Shown: piece by piece, positions 51,596 to 61,498 of the stretch
Position numbering within the stretch: position 1 is the first letter of the stretch
Layout of the letters: each line of letters starts with the position of its first letter
Origin: Bryobacterales bacterium
Lineage (GTDB): Bacteria; Acidobacteriota; Terriglobia; Bryobacterales; UBA6623
DNA: 64,000 bases
Direction: 5' to 3'
Assembly (NCBI GenBank): GCA_963422375.2
Contig: OY729428.2
Coordinates: 2,816,001 to 2,880,000, forward strand
Program-made: the position numbers and the translations under genes
Notes under the pieces: generated by a model
The model's database searches: none
The model's input: only the letters and a program-made list of their open reading frames with translations
What the model was told of the DNA's origin: nothing

Positions 51596-51976
51596 ATGGA
51601 CCGCATCGGGCTCAAGCGCCTGCATCACGTCTCGTTCGCCGTGGCGGACTTGGCCGCGTCGAAGCGGTTCTTCTGCGAGGTGCTGGGACTGCCCGAGGAC
51701 GACCGCCCTAGCTTCAGCTTCCCCGGGGCCTGGCTGGCCGTCGGCGACCGGCAGATCCACCTGATCGAGGACCGCCACGCCGGTCGCGCAGTCCGCGGCC
51801 CGATCAGCCGCTCGGACCACCTGGCGATGGAGGTCGAGGACCTCGAGACGGTCAAGGCGCGCCTCCGGGACTGCGGGATCGACTTCGCTATGGGGGGCAA
51901 CGAACGCCTCGGGATGAGCCAAGCTTTCTGCAGCGACCCGGACGGCCACACGATCGAATTCGTGCAGTACCACTGA
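51596..51976 (+). CDS. VOC/glyoxalase family protein
   Basis: LHHVS, RPSFSFPGAW, QIHLI, DHLA, DPDGHTIE. Confidence 0.9.
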   Translation: MDRIGLKRLHHVSFAVADLAASKRFFCEVLGLPEDDRPSFSFPGAWLAVGDRQIHLIEDRHAGRAVRGPISRSDHLAMEVEDLETVKARLRDCGIDFAMGGNERLGMSQAFCSDPDGHTIEFVQYH

Positions 51977-52115
51977 CCGCGGCGACGGGCCGGGCCCGCC
52001 ACGGCGGCCTCCCTAGCCGTGATAAGGTCAGATTAGCAGACAGACAGCGAGCGTGTCCGCGGCTTCCGCCTTGGCGGGAGGCGCTGCCCGCGCAGAGCCA
52101 CCCGAAGGAGAACCG

Positions 52116-52757
52116 ATGAGAATTGCCTTGCTGTGCTGCGCCCTAGTGGCGCTGCTGGCCGTGCCCGCGACGCCGCAGTCCGCCGAACTGGGTATCACAG
52201 GCGGCTACGGGGCCTTCGGCGATAACTCGCTGAGCGTGGCGGGCATTCGAGATACCATGGCCGACATCGCCCGCGAGGTGCGCGAGGAATACACGATTTC
52301 CAACGGCGTCCGCGTCGGGGGGCGGATGGTCTTCAACACTATGGCCTTCATCGGGCACGAGGTGTCGTACGCCTACCAGCACGCGAACCTGAACTTCCTG
52401 TCGTCCGGAGAGGGGGCGTCCGAAAGCGGGGACCTCGGCGCAGTCCGGTCGCATCACATGTACTACAACCTCGCCTTGCATGCCCTGCCCACGGGAATGC
52501 CGGTGCGTCCGTTCGTCACAGGCGGCGGCGGCTTCTCATCGTTCTTCCTTCCGGGGATCTCGTCGTTCTCCGGCTACGGCGACACGAAGTTCGGCTACAA
52601 CTACGGTGGGGGCGTGAAGTTCAACTTCTTCATGTACGGCATTCGATTCGACGTGCGCAACCACGTAACCGGAAAGCCGTTCGGGAGGTACCTGCCCAAT
52701 GTCGACGGCACTCTGAACAATCTCGAGTTCTCGATGACCTTCTCCCTGCTGCTGTAA
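52116..52757 (+). CDS. Outer-membrane beta-barrel protein
   Basis: Signal peptide after a GAAGGAG RBS; VRPFVTGGGG, FGYNYGGGVK, IRFDVR. Confidence 0.8.
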   Translation: MRIALLCCALVALLAVPATPQSAELGITGGYGAFGDNSLSVAGIRDTMADIAREVREEYTISNGVRVGGRMVFNTMAFIGHEVSYAYQHANLNFLSSGEGASESGDLGAVRSHHMYYNLALHALPTGMPVRPFVTGGGGFSSFFLPGISSFSGYGDTKFGYNYGGGVKFNFFMYGIRFDVRNHVTGKPFGRYLPNVDGTLNNLEFSMTFSLLL

Positions 52758-52832
52758 CGCGGCGACGGCGGCCCTTCGGGCGGCGAAGGGCAGTGGGCGG
52801 GGCCGGGCTTGCCCCGCCGGGTGCAGGGCAAG

Positions 52833-53174
52833 CTAGAAGCTCGCGACCGCCGCCGCCTCGTCGTCGTGCGTCTCGAACACGGTGTACAGCTTGGTGATCT
52901 GAAGCAGATCCCGCAGCTTGGTCTGCACGTTGAGCAGCTTGACCGTGCATCCCTTCCCGCGCGCGGTGGTGTACGCGGACACCAGTTCGCCGAGACCCGA
53001 GCTGTCGACGTAGGTCACCTCGGCAAGGTTCAGCACCATGCTCGTCACGCCGCTATCGAGCAGGCTCTTGACGGTGGAGCGAAGGCTCACGGACGCCTCG
53101 CCCAGCGTGATCCGGCCGGACAGGTCGATGACCGTCACGCCGGCCACGTCGCGAATCGAAGAAGTAAGGCTCAT
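52833..53174 (-). CDS. STAS anti-sigma factor antagonist (RsbV-like)
   Basis: LNLAEVTYVDSSGLGELV; LLQITKL. Confidence 0.92.
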   Translation of the reverse strand: MSLTSSIRDVAGVTVIDLSGRITLGEASVSLRSTVKSLLDSGVTSMVLNLAEVTYVDSSGLGELVSAYTTARGKGCTVKLLNVQTKLRDLLQITKLYTVFETHDDEAAAVASF

Positions 53175-53185
53175 TCGTTTCTCCT

Positions 53186-53629
53186 CTACTTGTCTGTCGC
53201 ACCTGCGCCGCTGGCGCGGTACTTCACCAAACGAACTGTGGTCCCTGACTCGCCGACGCAGCCGAACTCGACCAGGTCGAAGAATGCCCGCATCATAAGC
53301 AGGCCGCGTCCGGAGGGCAGGAGAAGGCTTTCGGCCGCCAGCGGGTCCGGCACGGACTCCGGATCGAAACCCCCGCCTTGGTCGGTGACGCTCACGCGAA
53401 ACGCCTCGGCGTCGATCGAGGCATCGAACGACACGGTCTTGTCGGGACTGAAGCGGTTGCCGTGCTCGACGGCGTTGATCATCGTCTCGCGGACGCCCAT
53501 GCCGATTTGATGCACCTGGTTCTCGTCGAACCCGTTGAGTTCCGCCATGCGCTGGACGATCAGCTCGGCTGCCTCGACACTATCCAGAGTACTCTCCAGG
53601 GAGAGCCGGAGCTTCCGGGAGTCTGTCAT
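53186..53629 (-). CDS. Anti-sigma factor kinase (RsbW-like)
   Basis: ETMINAVEHGN, DQGGGFD, SGRGLLMM. Confidence 0.9.
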   Translation of the reverse strand: MTDSRKLRLSLESTLDSVEAAELIVQRMAELNGFDENQVHQIGMGVRETMINAVEHGNRFSPDKTVSFDASIDAEAFRVSVTDQGGGFDPESVPDPLAAESLLLPSGRGLLMMRAFFDLVEFGCVGESGTTVRLVKYRASGAGATDK

Positions 53630-53821
53630 CCCCAGCAGCCGACCTCCAGCCAACCGCCGAGGCTGCATCCGGCACCGAACTCGCAACGATGCCACATCGG
53701 CTTCCGCGATGTCAAGGCACGCACTCGCTCCAGTCTATCCCCACGAAGGCAGGCGGCGGCGCGACCCGCGAAGCGGAGGTCGCGTATCATAGTTGGCGCG
53801 CATCTCGAAATGAGAGTCCCG

Positions 53822-54853
53822 ATGAAGAGCACTAGCTGGCTCCTTGCCGTCGCGGCCCTTCTGGCCGCCGCCTGTACCGCCCCGCCCGAGCCCGAGGCCG
53901 AGCCGGATTCAGGAGCCGGAACGGTCCTCCGGGCGGGCCCCGGGCTTGACGCCATCGTTCCGGCCGACGCCGTGATCGAGAAGCTGGCCGGGGGCATGAT
54001 GTTCACGGAGGGACCCGTGTGGGTTCGCGAGGGCGGCCCGCACCTCCTGTTCAGCGACATTCCGGCCAACAGCATCTACCGCTGGGCGGAAGGCGACACC
54101 GAGGCCTCCGTCTTCTACGAAGGCATGTACCGCGGCGAGCCGCGGGACGCGTTCGTCGGGTCGAACGGCCTCAACCTCGACAGGCAGGGGCGGCTCATCG
54201 CGCTAGAGCACGGCAACCGCCGGGTTTCCCGCATGGTCGAGGGCGCATGGGAGACCGTCGCGGACCGCTTCGAGGGCAAGAGGCTGAACAGCCCCAACGA
54301 CTCGGCCTGGCATGCGAACGGCTGGCTGTACTTCACCGACCCGCCGTACGGCCTGCCGGAGCAGGACAGCGACCCAGCCAAGGAACTGGACTTCAACGGC
54401 ATCTTCCGCCTGAACTACGAGACAGGGGAGGTGCAGCTGCTCAACCGCGACCAGACGAGGCCCAACGGCATCGGATTTTCGCCCGACGGCAAGACGGCAT
54501 ACGTGGCCAACTCCGACAGCGCGCGGAAGGTCTGGATGGCGTACGATGTCACCGACGACGGCCTGTTCGAGAACGCGCGGGTGTTCTACGACGCCTCGAG
54601 CGTGCAGGCGGATGGCTTGCCGGACGGCCTCAAGCTCGACCGCGACGGCAACGTGTACGCGACCGGCCCCGGCGGTGTCTGGATTCTCTCCCCGGATGGG
54701 ACGCACTTGGGCACGCTTCAGCCGTCCGAGGTCCCGGCCAACGTAGCGTGGGGCGGCGACGGCAGCACGCTTTACATGACGGCGCGCAACGGCCTGTACA
54801 GGGTTCAGCTGCTAGCGAGGGGGCCCATGCCGGCGGACATGGTCGCAAACTAG
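53822..54853 (+). CDS. SMP-30/gluconolactonase family lipoprotein
   Basis: AAAC lipobox; FTEGPVW, LNSPND, PNGIGFSPD, PDGLK. Confidence 0.92.
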   Translation: MKSTSWLLAVAALLAAACTAPPEPEAEPDSGAGTVLRAGPGLDAIVPADAVIEKLAGGMMFTEGPVWVREGGPHLLFSDIPANSIYRWAEGDTEASVFYEGMYRGEPRDAFVGSNGLNLDRQGRLIALEHGNRRVSRMVEGAWETVADRFEGKRLNSPNDSAWHANGWLYFTDPPYGLPEQDSDPAKELDFNGIFRLNYETGEVQLLNRDQTRPNGIGFSPDGKTAYVANSDSARKVWMAYDVTDDGLFENARVFYDASSVQADGLPDGLKLDRDGNVYATGPGGVWILSPDGTHLGTLQPSEVPANVAWGGDGSTLYMTARNGLYRVQLLARGPMPADMVAN

Positions 54854-54922
54854 AGCATTCCGCGGGCGTTCCGACCGGCTAGGCTACGGCTTGTGGTTCC
54901 CTGCGTCGAGAGCCTAGTCTAG

Positions 54923-55175
54923 TGCTTGTGACAAAACCCCTGAATTCTGACCCGATCAGCATTTCATACTACATCCTGAGGTCGGATGGATCTCCAAACA
55001 CAACATATAGGGTCCAAGGTCGGAAGTTGCTCAGACGCCAATCGCGAAGATTTCCGCGCTCTACCCAGAATCGCCAGGATTTCGGATTAGTCGTAGCATT
55101 CCAGCGAAATCTTCGCCTTGAGAGATTGGACCTAACGCCTTTGTTGTCAAGGGGATACGAGTTTTGTCACGGGCA
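54923..55175 (+). mobile_element. MITE copy 1 (253 bp)
   Basis: TIR TGCTTGTGACAAAAC / GTTTTGTCACGGGCA; flanking direct repeat CTAGTCTAG; homologous to 63011-63263. Confidence 0.9.
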
Positions 55176-55736
55176 CTAGTCTAGAATAGGACGCTGAATT
55201 CACTCCTGACGCACCGGCCAAGAGTGACGCGAGCGAGGCCGAGGTGCGGGGAGATGCTCTTTTTCCTCGCGAGCTGCTGGACCGAGCTACGGCAGCGGTG
55301 ACTCGCATGCGATGCCTCGGAGCACCGATTGACATCGAATGGGCCGCGAGTCTCTGTTCAGGATGTACCTTCAATGAAGTCCAGCAAATGACAACGGATT
55401 GAAATCGCTGATCGGCCCATCAACATTACTCCGGATAAGCCTGGTCCGAATCCGTTCTTTATCTCACTGGTTCTAGCGTGTCAGATCGTCGTCAGGGAGC
55501 GCTCTCCGGGTCGGAATATGCCGCGTCCTCGAAGGTCCAACCAGGCTGGACAAACCTAGAGGTCAAGATAGGGTTTAGCGCAGTGGTCAGGAAACTTGAT
55601 TGACCCGAACAAGTCCACAGCACGTCGAGAAGCTTGCGATCTGACGACAGACAACTGCCCTCTCGTCGTGCCCTGAATGCGCCGTCTGCCGGATTCTTAG
55701 CAGAACCGAGCGAATACGACGCAGGGCGGGCGGGAG

Positions 55737-56522
55737 CTAGCACGCTGCGAAGACCGCCGCTACCTCCGCCGTGCCGGGACTGGTCACCCTGACCGAGTCT
55801 TCCTCCTCTACCCGGTATAGGGGGAGCGGCGAGCCCGTCAGCAAGAGATCACCCTTGCGGGACCGGATGCCGTGGTTCGCGAGACGGCACGCTAGCTCGT
55901 GCAGATGAAGGCACGGATCGACCTCGGCGCAGGCATCCACCCTGTCCCCGATCACGACGCGAATCGGCGCTGGCTCGCCGAATGGTAAGGAGCCTGTTCG
56001 GACAGGAACCACGATTCCAGCCTGCAGGGCGTTGTTGGCGATCAATTCCGCCGCCCGCGGACTCGGACCGCGGAATACGTAGTTGTGCAGCTCGATGACG
56101 GGAAAGATCCCGCCGATAAACCGGTCCGGCTCGGCAAGCAGGCGGTCCGGGTCCGGGAGATCGGAACCGAGGCGCACGGCAAACTCGCCTTCAATCGCAG
56201 GGCAGCAGAATTCGTTCACGCTGACGCGCACGGGGCTGGTTCGAATCTCGCTCTGGAAGACGTGCCCGAATACAGGGCCGTCTACTACGAGTTGACGCCG
56301 TATCCGCTCGCTCACACACCCGATCTTGTAGCCCGCCACTATCTCCCCGCGAGCGGAGCGAAGTCCTGACGAGGCGATCTGAAGTCGATACGCGTCGTCG
56401 ACATTCAGGACGAAACCCGGCTCGGCAAACATGCCTCCGGGCGACCGTCTGTCGTAGTCCGCCAGCTGACGGCGCGCCAGTTGGAAGACGTCGTCGTCGG
56501 AGAGTAGCTGCGAGCGCTCCAT
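55737..56522 (-). CDS. 2-keto-4-pentenoate hydratase-like (FAA hydrolase family)
   Basis: AYRLQ, GYKIG, PVFG, IEGEFA, LLLTGS. Confidence 0.8.
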   Translation of the reverse strand: MERSQLLSDDDVFQLARRQLADYDRRSPGGMFAEPGFVLNVDDAYRLQIASSGLRSARGEIVAGYKIGCVSERIRRQLVVDGPVFGHVFQSEIRTSPVRVSVNEFCCPAIEGEFAVRLGSDLPDPDRLLAEPDRFIGGIFPVIELHNYVFRGPSPRAAELIANNALQAGIVVPVRTGSLPFGEPAPIRVVIGDRVDACAEVDPCLHLHELACRLANHGIRSRKGDLLLTGSPLPLYRVEEEDSVRVTSPGTAEVAAVFAAC

Positions 56523-56849
56523 GCGATGGCGAACACCGTGAAGGTCAGGACCGCAGGCGCGGCCGGACCAGCTCCGTGCGATACGGCAACCCAACAGCGT
56601 CGCATACGAGCCAAGCGCTTCGAGCAGTCCCGGCCCCGCGTACGCAACGAGGCGTGGGGCATGGCCCGTCCGCGCCACCGGCAGCGGGGGCCTCCGCACG
56701 GTCCGAGGAGTGCCGACGGGAGCCATTCGAACCAAACGCGCCCGCGCCATAATGCGTGCGCAGCGACCGGTCGCCCGGGAGACAAGCGACCGCAGCAGCG
56801 ACTGACGACGCTCCCGGGGAACGACCGGCCGCGTAGCGTCCCGCCCGTC

Positions 56850-57584
56850 GTGTCGCTGCCCGTCGCGCCGCCGCGGCCGACGACACGCCAGCGGCCGGAG
56901 GTGGCGGAAGTTGACTATCCCAGCTCGGATGGCAAGCCCATGGCTGAGAGCGGGCCCCAGAAGCGGGTGATGATCGATGTCACCGAAGGCCTGCGCAGGT
57001 ACTTCGAGGAGCGGCGGTCCGACGTTGTCGTGGAATGCGACCTGCTGATGTACTACGTTCGGAATGACGCCAGCGCGGTGGGGGCACCGGACGTATTGGT
57101 GGCGCTCGGCCTTGAGGGGAGCGCACGGCTCGCCTACCGAGTCTGGCTGGAGGGCAAGGCACCGGACTTCGTGCTGGAAGTCGCCTCGAACAGGACCATC
57201 CGGCGTGACAACGAGGACAAGGCCGAGCTCTACGAAGGACTCGGGGTGCTGGAATACTGGCAGTTCGACGCCGTGGGCAAGCTACTGACGCCGCGCCTCC
57301 AGGCGGGCCGGCTGGGACCGGGCGGATACGAGCCGCTGGACGTACTGCCGTCAGATTCCGGGGAGTTGCGGATTCGCAGCGAGGTGCTGGGCGCCGAGTT
57401 CCGGATTGACGGTAAGCAGAGGCTGGCGGTGTTTGACCCCAAGACGGGGAGGTGCCTGTCGCCGCTCGATGAGACCCAGCGCGCGAATCGAGAGCAGGCG
57501 TTAAGGGAGCACGAGCGACAACGCGCGGACCGGGCGGAGGCACGTGCGATCGCGAAGAGGCGGAGGCGCGCATTGCGGAATTGA
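56850..57584 (+). CDS. Uma2/DUF820 family endonuclease-like protein
   Basis: YPSSDGKPMAES, APDV, PDFVLEVAS, LGVLEYWQFD, coiled-coil tail. Start uncertain. Confidence 0.85.
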   Translation: MSLPVAPPRPTTRQRPEVAEVDYPSSDGKPMAESGPQKRVMIDVTEGLRRYFEERRSDVVVECDLLMYYVRNDASAVGAPDVLVALGLEGSARLAYRVWLEGKAPDFVLEVASNRTIRRDNEDKAELYEGLGVLEYWQFDAVGKLLTPRLQAGRLGPGGYEPLDVLPSDSGELRIRSEVLGAEFRIDGKQRLAVFDPKTGRCLSPLDETQRANREQALREHERQRADRAEARAIAKRRRRALRN

Positions 57585-58132
57585 CGGCGTCGGGAGCAGC
57601 GCGATCCTGAAGCGGACAGCGTGCCGCCAGCGTCGCTGGCGTGCGAGTCAACGAATTCCGGCCGGGCCACACGGTGGGCGGCGAGCGATCCACCGGCGGC
57701 CGATCACCGCACCCTCCTAACCGAGGTGGGCTCTATCGTCGACGCGAACGAGTCGGGACCGCGCCCGGCAGCCGGGACGGCCCATTCTCGGTTCGCGATG
57801 AGCGCGTAGCACGGGGATTCACCAGCAGCCCGTTCGGCCTCCGTTGCATCGGACCCGCTCGATCGATCGCAGGTCGACCGGACGCTAACTTGTCCATTCG
57901 CGAATTCGCCCAGCCGGCGGCAACGGCACTCCTTCTCGCGATGCCGTACAGCATGGTTTGGCCGGGTTAGAATCGCATGGGCCGCCCGAGCGCGCAGGGC
58001 TGTTTCGAGGAGGTCGATCCCATGGGCCGACAGCTTCCGGCGAGCCATCGTGCATGCCTTCGGGCGGCGCTCTCGCTCCTCTTTCCCGGGGACTCCCCTC
58101 TTCAGTCGAACGTGGCGACACTAAGCGACGCA

Positions 58133-58330
58133 TTCATCCTTGCCGACGACATCGGCTGGCAGGTCGGGGGATTTCACGGCGCCGAGCTCGGCACGCCGCA
58201 CATCGATCGAATCGCGGCTGGAGGCATCGAGCTGCACCGCTCCCCCGCCCGGCACGAATGCTCTCCGATTCACGCGGCGCTCGTGGCAGGCTCGGACCCG
58301 ATCCGGCGAGGCAGGCAGCGAGACGCCGCC
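58133..58330 (+). pseudogene. Sulfatase N-terminal remnant
   Basis: FILADDIGW...TPHIDRIAAGG...CSPIHAALVAG is a degenerate CxPxR region with no downstream catalytic domain. Confidence 0.6.
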
Positions 58331-58476
58331 ACGCCTTGGGCGGAACCTCCGGGCTGCCGGCTGAAGGTCCGCGCTGAGCCGGTCCCGGCGCCCGCGCCAT
58401 GCGCCCGGACCTCGCCGCCGATTTGGTCCGTCCCGAGTACCTCGGAAGGCAGGCAGGCATTCGGACTGGAGGACGT

Positions 58477-59997
58477 ATGACCCGGATTGTCGAAAAGGCG
58501 ATTCGCTCTCGATCAGCAAGAGCGCTCGCCGCCTGTCTGGCGGGGGCGCTCGCGCTCGCCGCGCCGAATGGGAGCGCCAACCGCCCGAATATCCTGCTGA
58601 TCGTGTCCGAAGACAACGGCCCGGAGCTTGGCGCGTACGGAGACACCTTCGCCCGCACGCCGGCGCTTGACGATCTCGCGCGGCGAGGCGTCCTCTTTCG
58701 GAACGCCTACGTCCCGCAGGCGGGATGCAGCCAGTCGCGGGCAGCATTCCTGACCGGACTCTACCCGCATCAGAACGGCCAAATCGGACTGGCGACTTGG
58801 AGATTCGGCCTGTTTCGCGCCGATACGCCCAATATCGTCCGGAGGCTGAAAGCGGCCGGATATCGCACGGGCATCGTCGGGAAGCTGCACGTCAACCCCG
58901 AGTCGGCCTTCCCGTTCGATTTCGCGGCGCTGCCCGGAGCCAACTTCCAGAGGAAGGACCTAGGCGCCTACTCGCGGCTCGCCAAGGGCTTCATCGAAGA
59001 GGACGACAGGCCCTTCTTTCTCTCCGTCAACTTCCCGGACGCCCACCGACCGCTGCTCAGGCAAGCGGACGGGCTGCCGCCCGCCCCGCTCTCCGCCGAC
59101 GACGTCGGGCCGCTATCCTACATGGGTCTCGACTCGCCGACCTTGCGCGGCGACACCGCCAACTATCACAACTCGATCGCCAGGCTGGACGCGTTGGTCG
59201 GGGGGATCCTCGAAATGCTCGACCTCTCCGGCAGAGCGGACAACACCTTGGTGGCGTATCTGGGAGACCACGGCGCGGACCTGCTGCGGGGGAAGCGAAC
59301 CTCCTACGAGGGCGGCGTCCGCATCCCGCTAATCGTGCGCTGGCCCGGCGGCCAGAGGGCCGGCCAGGTGCGCGAGGAGCTCGTCTCGACGATCGACCTG
59401 GCGCCGACCCTCCTCGAGGCGGCTGGAGCCGAACCGATTCGCGGGCTCCCGGGCCGCGCGCTGGGACCGCTGCTGCGGGGAGAGTCGCCGGCCTGGCGCG
59501 AGCACCTGTACACGGAGTACCACCTGCACTCGAACCACAACTTCTATCCGCAGAGGACGGTTCGAGGACACCGCTTCAAGCTGATATGGAACCTGCTGCC
59601 CGGCGAGCCGAATCCCGGGCACGCGTTCACGATCGCGAAGTTCGTCGGCGCGGACGAGATGCGGCAGGCGCTCGAGCGAGCCGAAGTCCGAGTGCGCGAG
59701 GCTTACACGCTCATGGAGAGGCCGCCGGAGTTCGAGCTCTACGATCTGGAGCGGGACCCGTTCGAATTTCGAAACCTCGCCGCGGAGCCTGCGCACCGGC
59801 AGACGCTCGACGATCTGAAAGCGCGCCTGCTGGACTGGAGGCGGCGCACGGACGACGCATTCCTGAATCCCGAGAACGTAATGCGGCTCAGAGCCGAGGT
59901 CGAATCGACCTACAGGGACGGACAGTACCGCAAGCCGGACCGATGGGCGTATCGCGAGTACCTCGCGCCCGCCGTTCCGCCCTGGCTCAAGGATTAG
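58477..59997 (+). CDS. Sulfatase (N-sulfoglucosamine sulfohydrolase-like)
   Basis: PNILLIVSEDNG, CSQSRAAFLTGLYPH, GKLHV, GDHG. Confidence 0.9.
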   Translation: MTRIVEKAIRSRSARALAACLAGALALAAPNGSANRPNILLIVSEDNGPELGAYGDTFARTPALDDLARRGVLFRNAYVPQAGCSQSRAAFLTGLYPHQNGQIGLATWRFGLFRADTPNIVRRLKAAGYRTGIVGKLHVNPESAFPFDFAALPGANFQRKDLGAYSRLAKGFIEEDDRPFFLSVNFPDAHRPLLRQADGLPPAPLSADDVGPLSYMGLDSPTLRGDTANYHNSIARLDALVGGILEMLDLSGRADNTLVAYLGDHGADLLRGKRTSYEGGVRIPLIVRWPGGQRAGQVREELVSTIDLAPTLLEAAGAEPIRGLPGRALGPLLRGESPAWREHLYTEYHLHSNHNFYPQRTVRGHRFKLIWNLLPGEPNPGHAFTIAKFVGADEMRQALERAEVRVREAYTLMERPPEFELYDLERDPFEFRNLAAEPAHRQTLDDLKARLLDWRRRTDDAFLNPENVMRLRAEVESTYRDGQYRKPDRWAYREYLAPAVPPWLKD

Positions 59998-60058
59998 GGC
60001 GCTCCGAGTTCGGAGTGAGCCGGCCCTCGGGGCGTTACGCTATGGAGCGGAGCCCTCC

Positions 60059-61498
60059 GTGACCAAGGCCGCCTTCTGCATGGCGATCGGCGCCGCGCTC
60101 CTCGCGGCGTGCGAACGCAGTGCCCCGGAGCGACCGAACGTCCTCCTTCTCAGCGTTGACGACATGAACGATTGGGTCGGCGCCCTCGGCTGGGAGCCGG
60201 CGCGGACCCCCCATATCGACCGGCTCGCGGCGCGGGGCGTGACGTTTGCCAACGCGCACGCGCCGTCTCCGAAATGCAACCCGTCGCGCACGGCGATCCT
60301 ATCGGGACTGCGGCCGTCCACCACCGGCATCTACAGCAACGCGGAATGGTGGAAGCCGAACTTCCCCGACCTCGTCATGCTGCCGCGCTACTTCAAGGAC
60401 CGCGGGTACCTCGCGGCAGGAGGAGGCAAGGTCTTCCACCACACGCCCGGCTTCAACCCGCCCGAATCCTGGGACGAGTACTTCAGCCTTGTCGACGACC
60501 TGCGGACGGACGGTTTCCTGATCCCCTACCGGCGTCCGGACCACATCTCCAGCTTCGACTGGGGCCCATTGGACAGGGGCAGCATGGAGATGGGCGACGG
60601 CGCGACAGTGCGATGGGCCGAGGAGTTTCTCGCCCGCGACCACGACCGGCCGTTCTTCCTCGCGGTGGGTCTGTTCCAGCCCCACCTTCCGTTCTACGCG
60701 CCGCGGGCAACGTACGAAGACGTCGGCCCGGACGAGGCACCCGTGCCCGTGGACCAGCCCGGCGACTTGGACGACGTGCCGCCCGCGGGCCGCGAGATGG
60801 CGGCGTACCGCACGAACGACCTCGAACTCGTCCTGGAGCACGGCGATCTGGACGACATGGTCCGGTCCTACACGGCATGCATCCGGCATGCCGACACCCT
60901 GGTCGGTCGCGTGCTGGACGCGCTGGATTCCAGCGCCTACGCCGAGAGCACGATTATCGTTTTCTGGTCAGACCACGGCTACCATTTCGGCGAGAAGCAC
61001 CACTTCGCGAAGAACACGCTCTGGGAGCGCTCGTCGCGCGTGCCCTTCGCCATCGCGGCACCCGGGGTGACCGCACCCGGCGGCAGCTGCTCCCGGCCCG
61101 TGAGCCTTCTCAACATCTACCCGACGCTGCTCGACCTGTGCGAGCTGCCAGCGCGGCCCGGACTGGAAGGTGTGACGCTGCGGCCGCTGCTCGAGAATCC
61201 GGACTTGCCCTGGTCACGGCCCGCCGTGATGACGTTCGGGCGCGGCAACCATGCCGTGCGCTCCGAGCGCTACCGGTACATCCGCTACGCCAGCGGGGAC
61301 GAGGAGTTCTACGACCATTCGACGGATCCGGACGAGTGGACAAACCTCGCAAGCAGCCCGGCCCACGCGGCCGAGATCGCGAACCACGCCCGCTGGCTGC
61401 CCGAGGCCGACGCGCCCCGGGCGCTGCGCAAGGGTTCGTTCCTCTTCGACCCCGCCGCGTACACGTGGACCCGGCGGACCGAGGGAGCCGCGCGATGA
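60059..61498 (+). CDS. Sulfatase (iduronate-2-sulfatase-like), lipoprotein
   Basis: LAAC lipobox; CNPSRTAILSG, PHLP, WSDHGYHFGEK. Confidence 0.9.
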   Translation: MTKAAFCMAIGAALLAACERSAPERPNVLLLSVDDMNDWVGALGWEPARTPHIDRLAARGVTFANAHAPSPKCNPSRTAILSGLRPSTTGIYSNAEWWKPNFPDLVMLPRYFKDRGYLAAGGGKVFHHTPGFNPPESWDEYFSLVDDLRTDGFLIPYRRPDHISSFDWGPLDRGSMEMGDGATVRWAEEFLARDHDRPFFLAVGLFQPHLPFYAPRATYEDVGPDEAPVPVDQPGDLDDVPPAGREMAAYRTNDLELVLEHGDLDDMVRSYTACIRHADTLVGRVLDALDSSAYAESTIIVFWSDHGYHFGEKHHFAKNTLWERSSRVPFAIAAPGVTAPGGSCSRPVSLLNIYPTLLDLCELPARPGLEGVTLRPLLENPDLPWSRPAVMTFGRGNHAVRSERYRYIRYASGDEEFYDHSTDPDEWTNLASSPAHAAEIANHARWLPEADAPRALRKGSFLFDPAAYTWTRRTEGAAR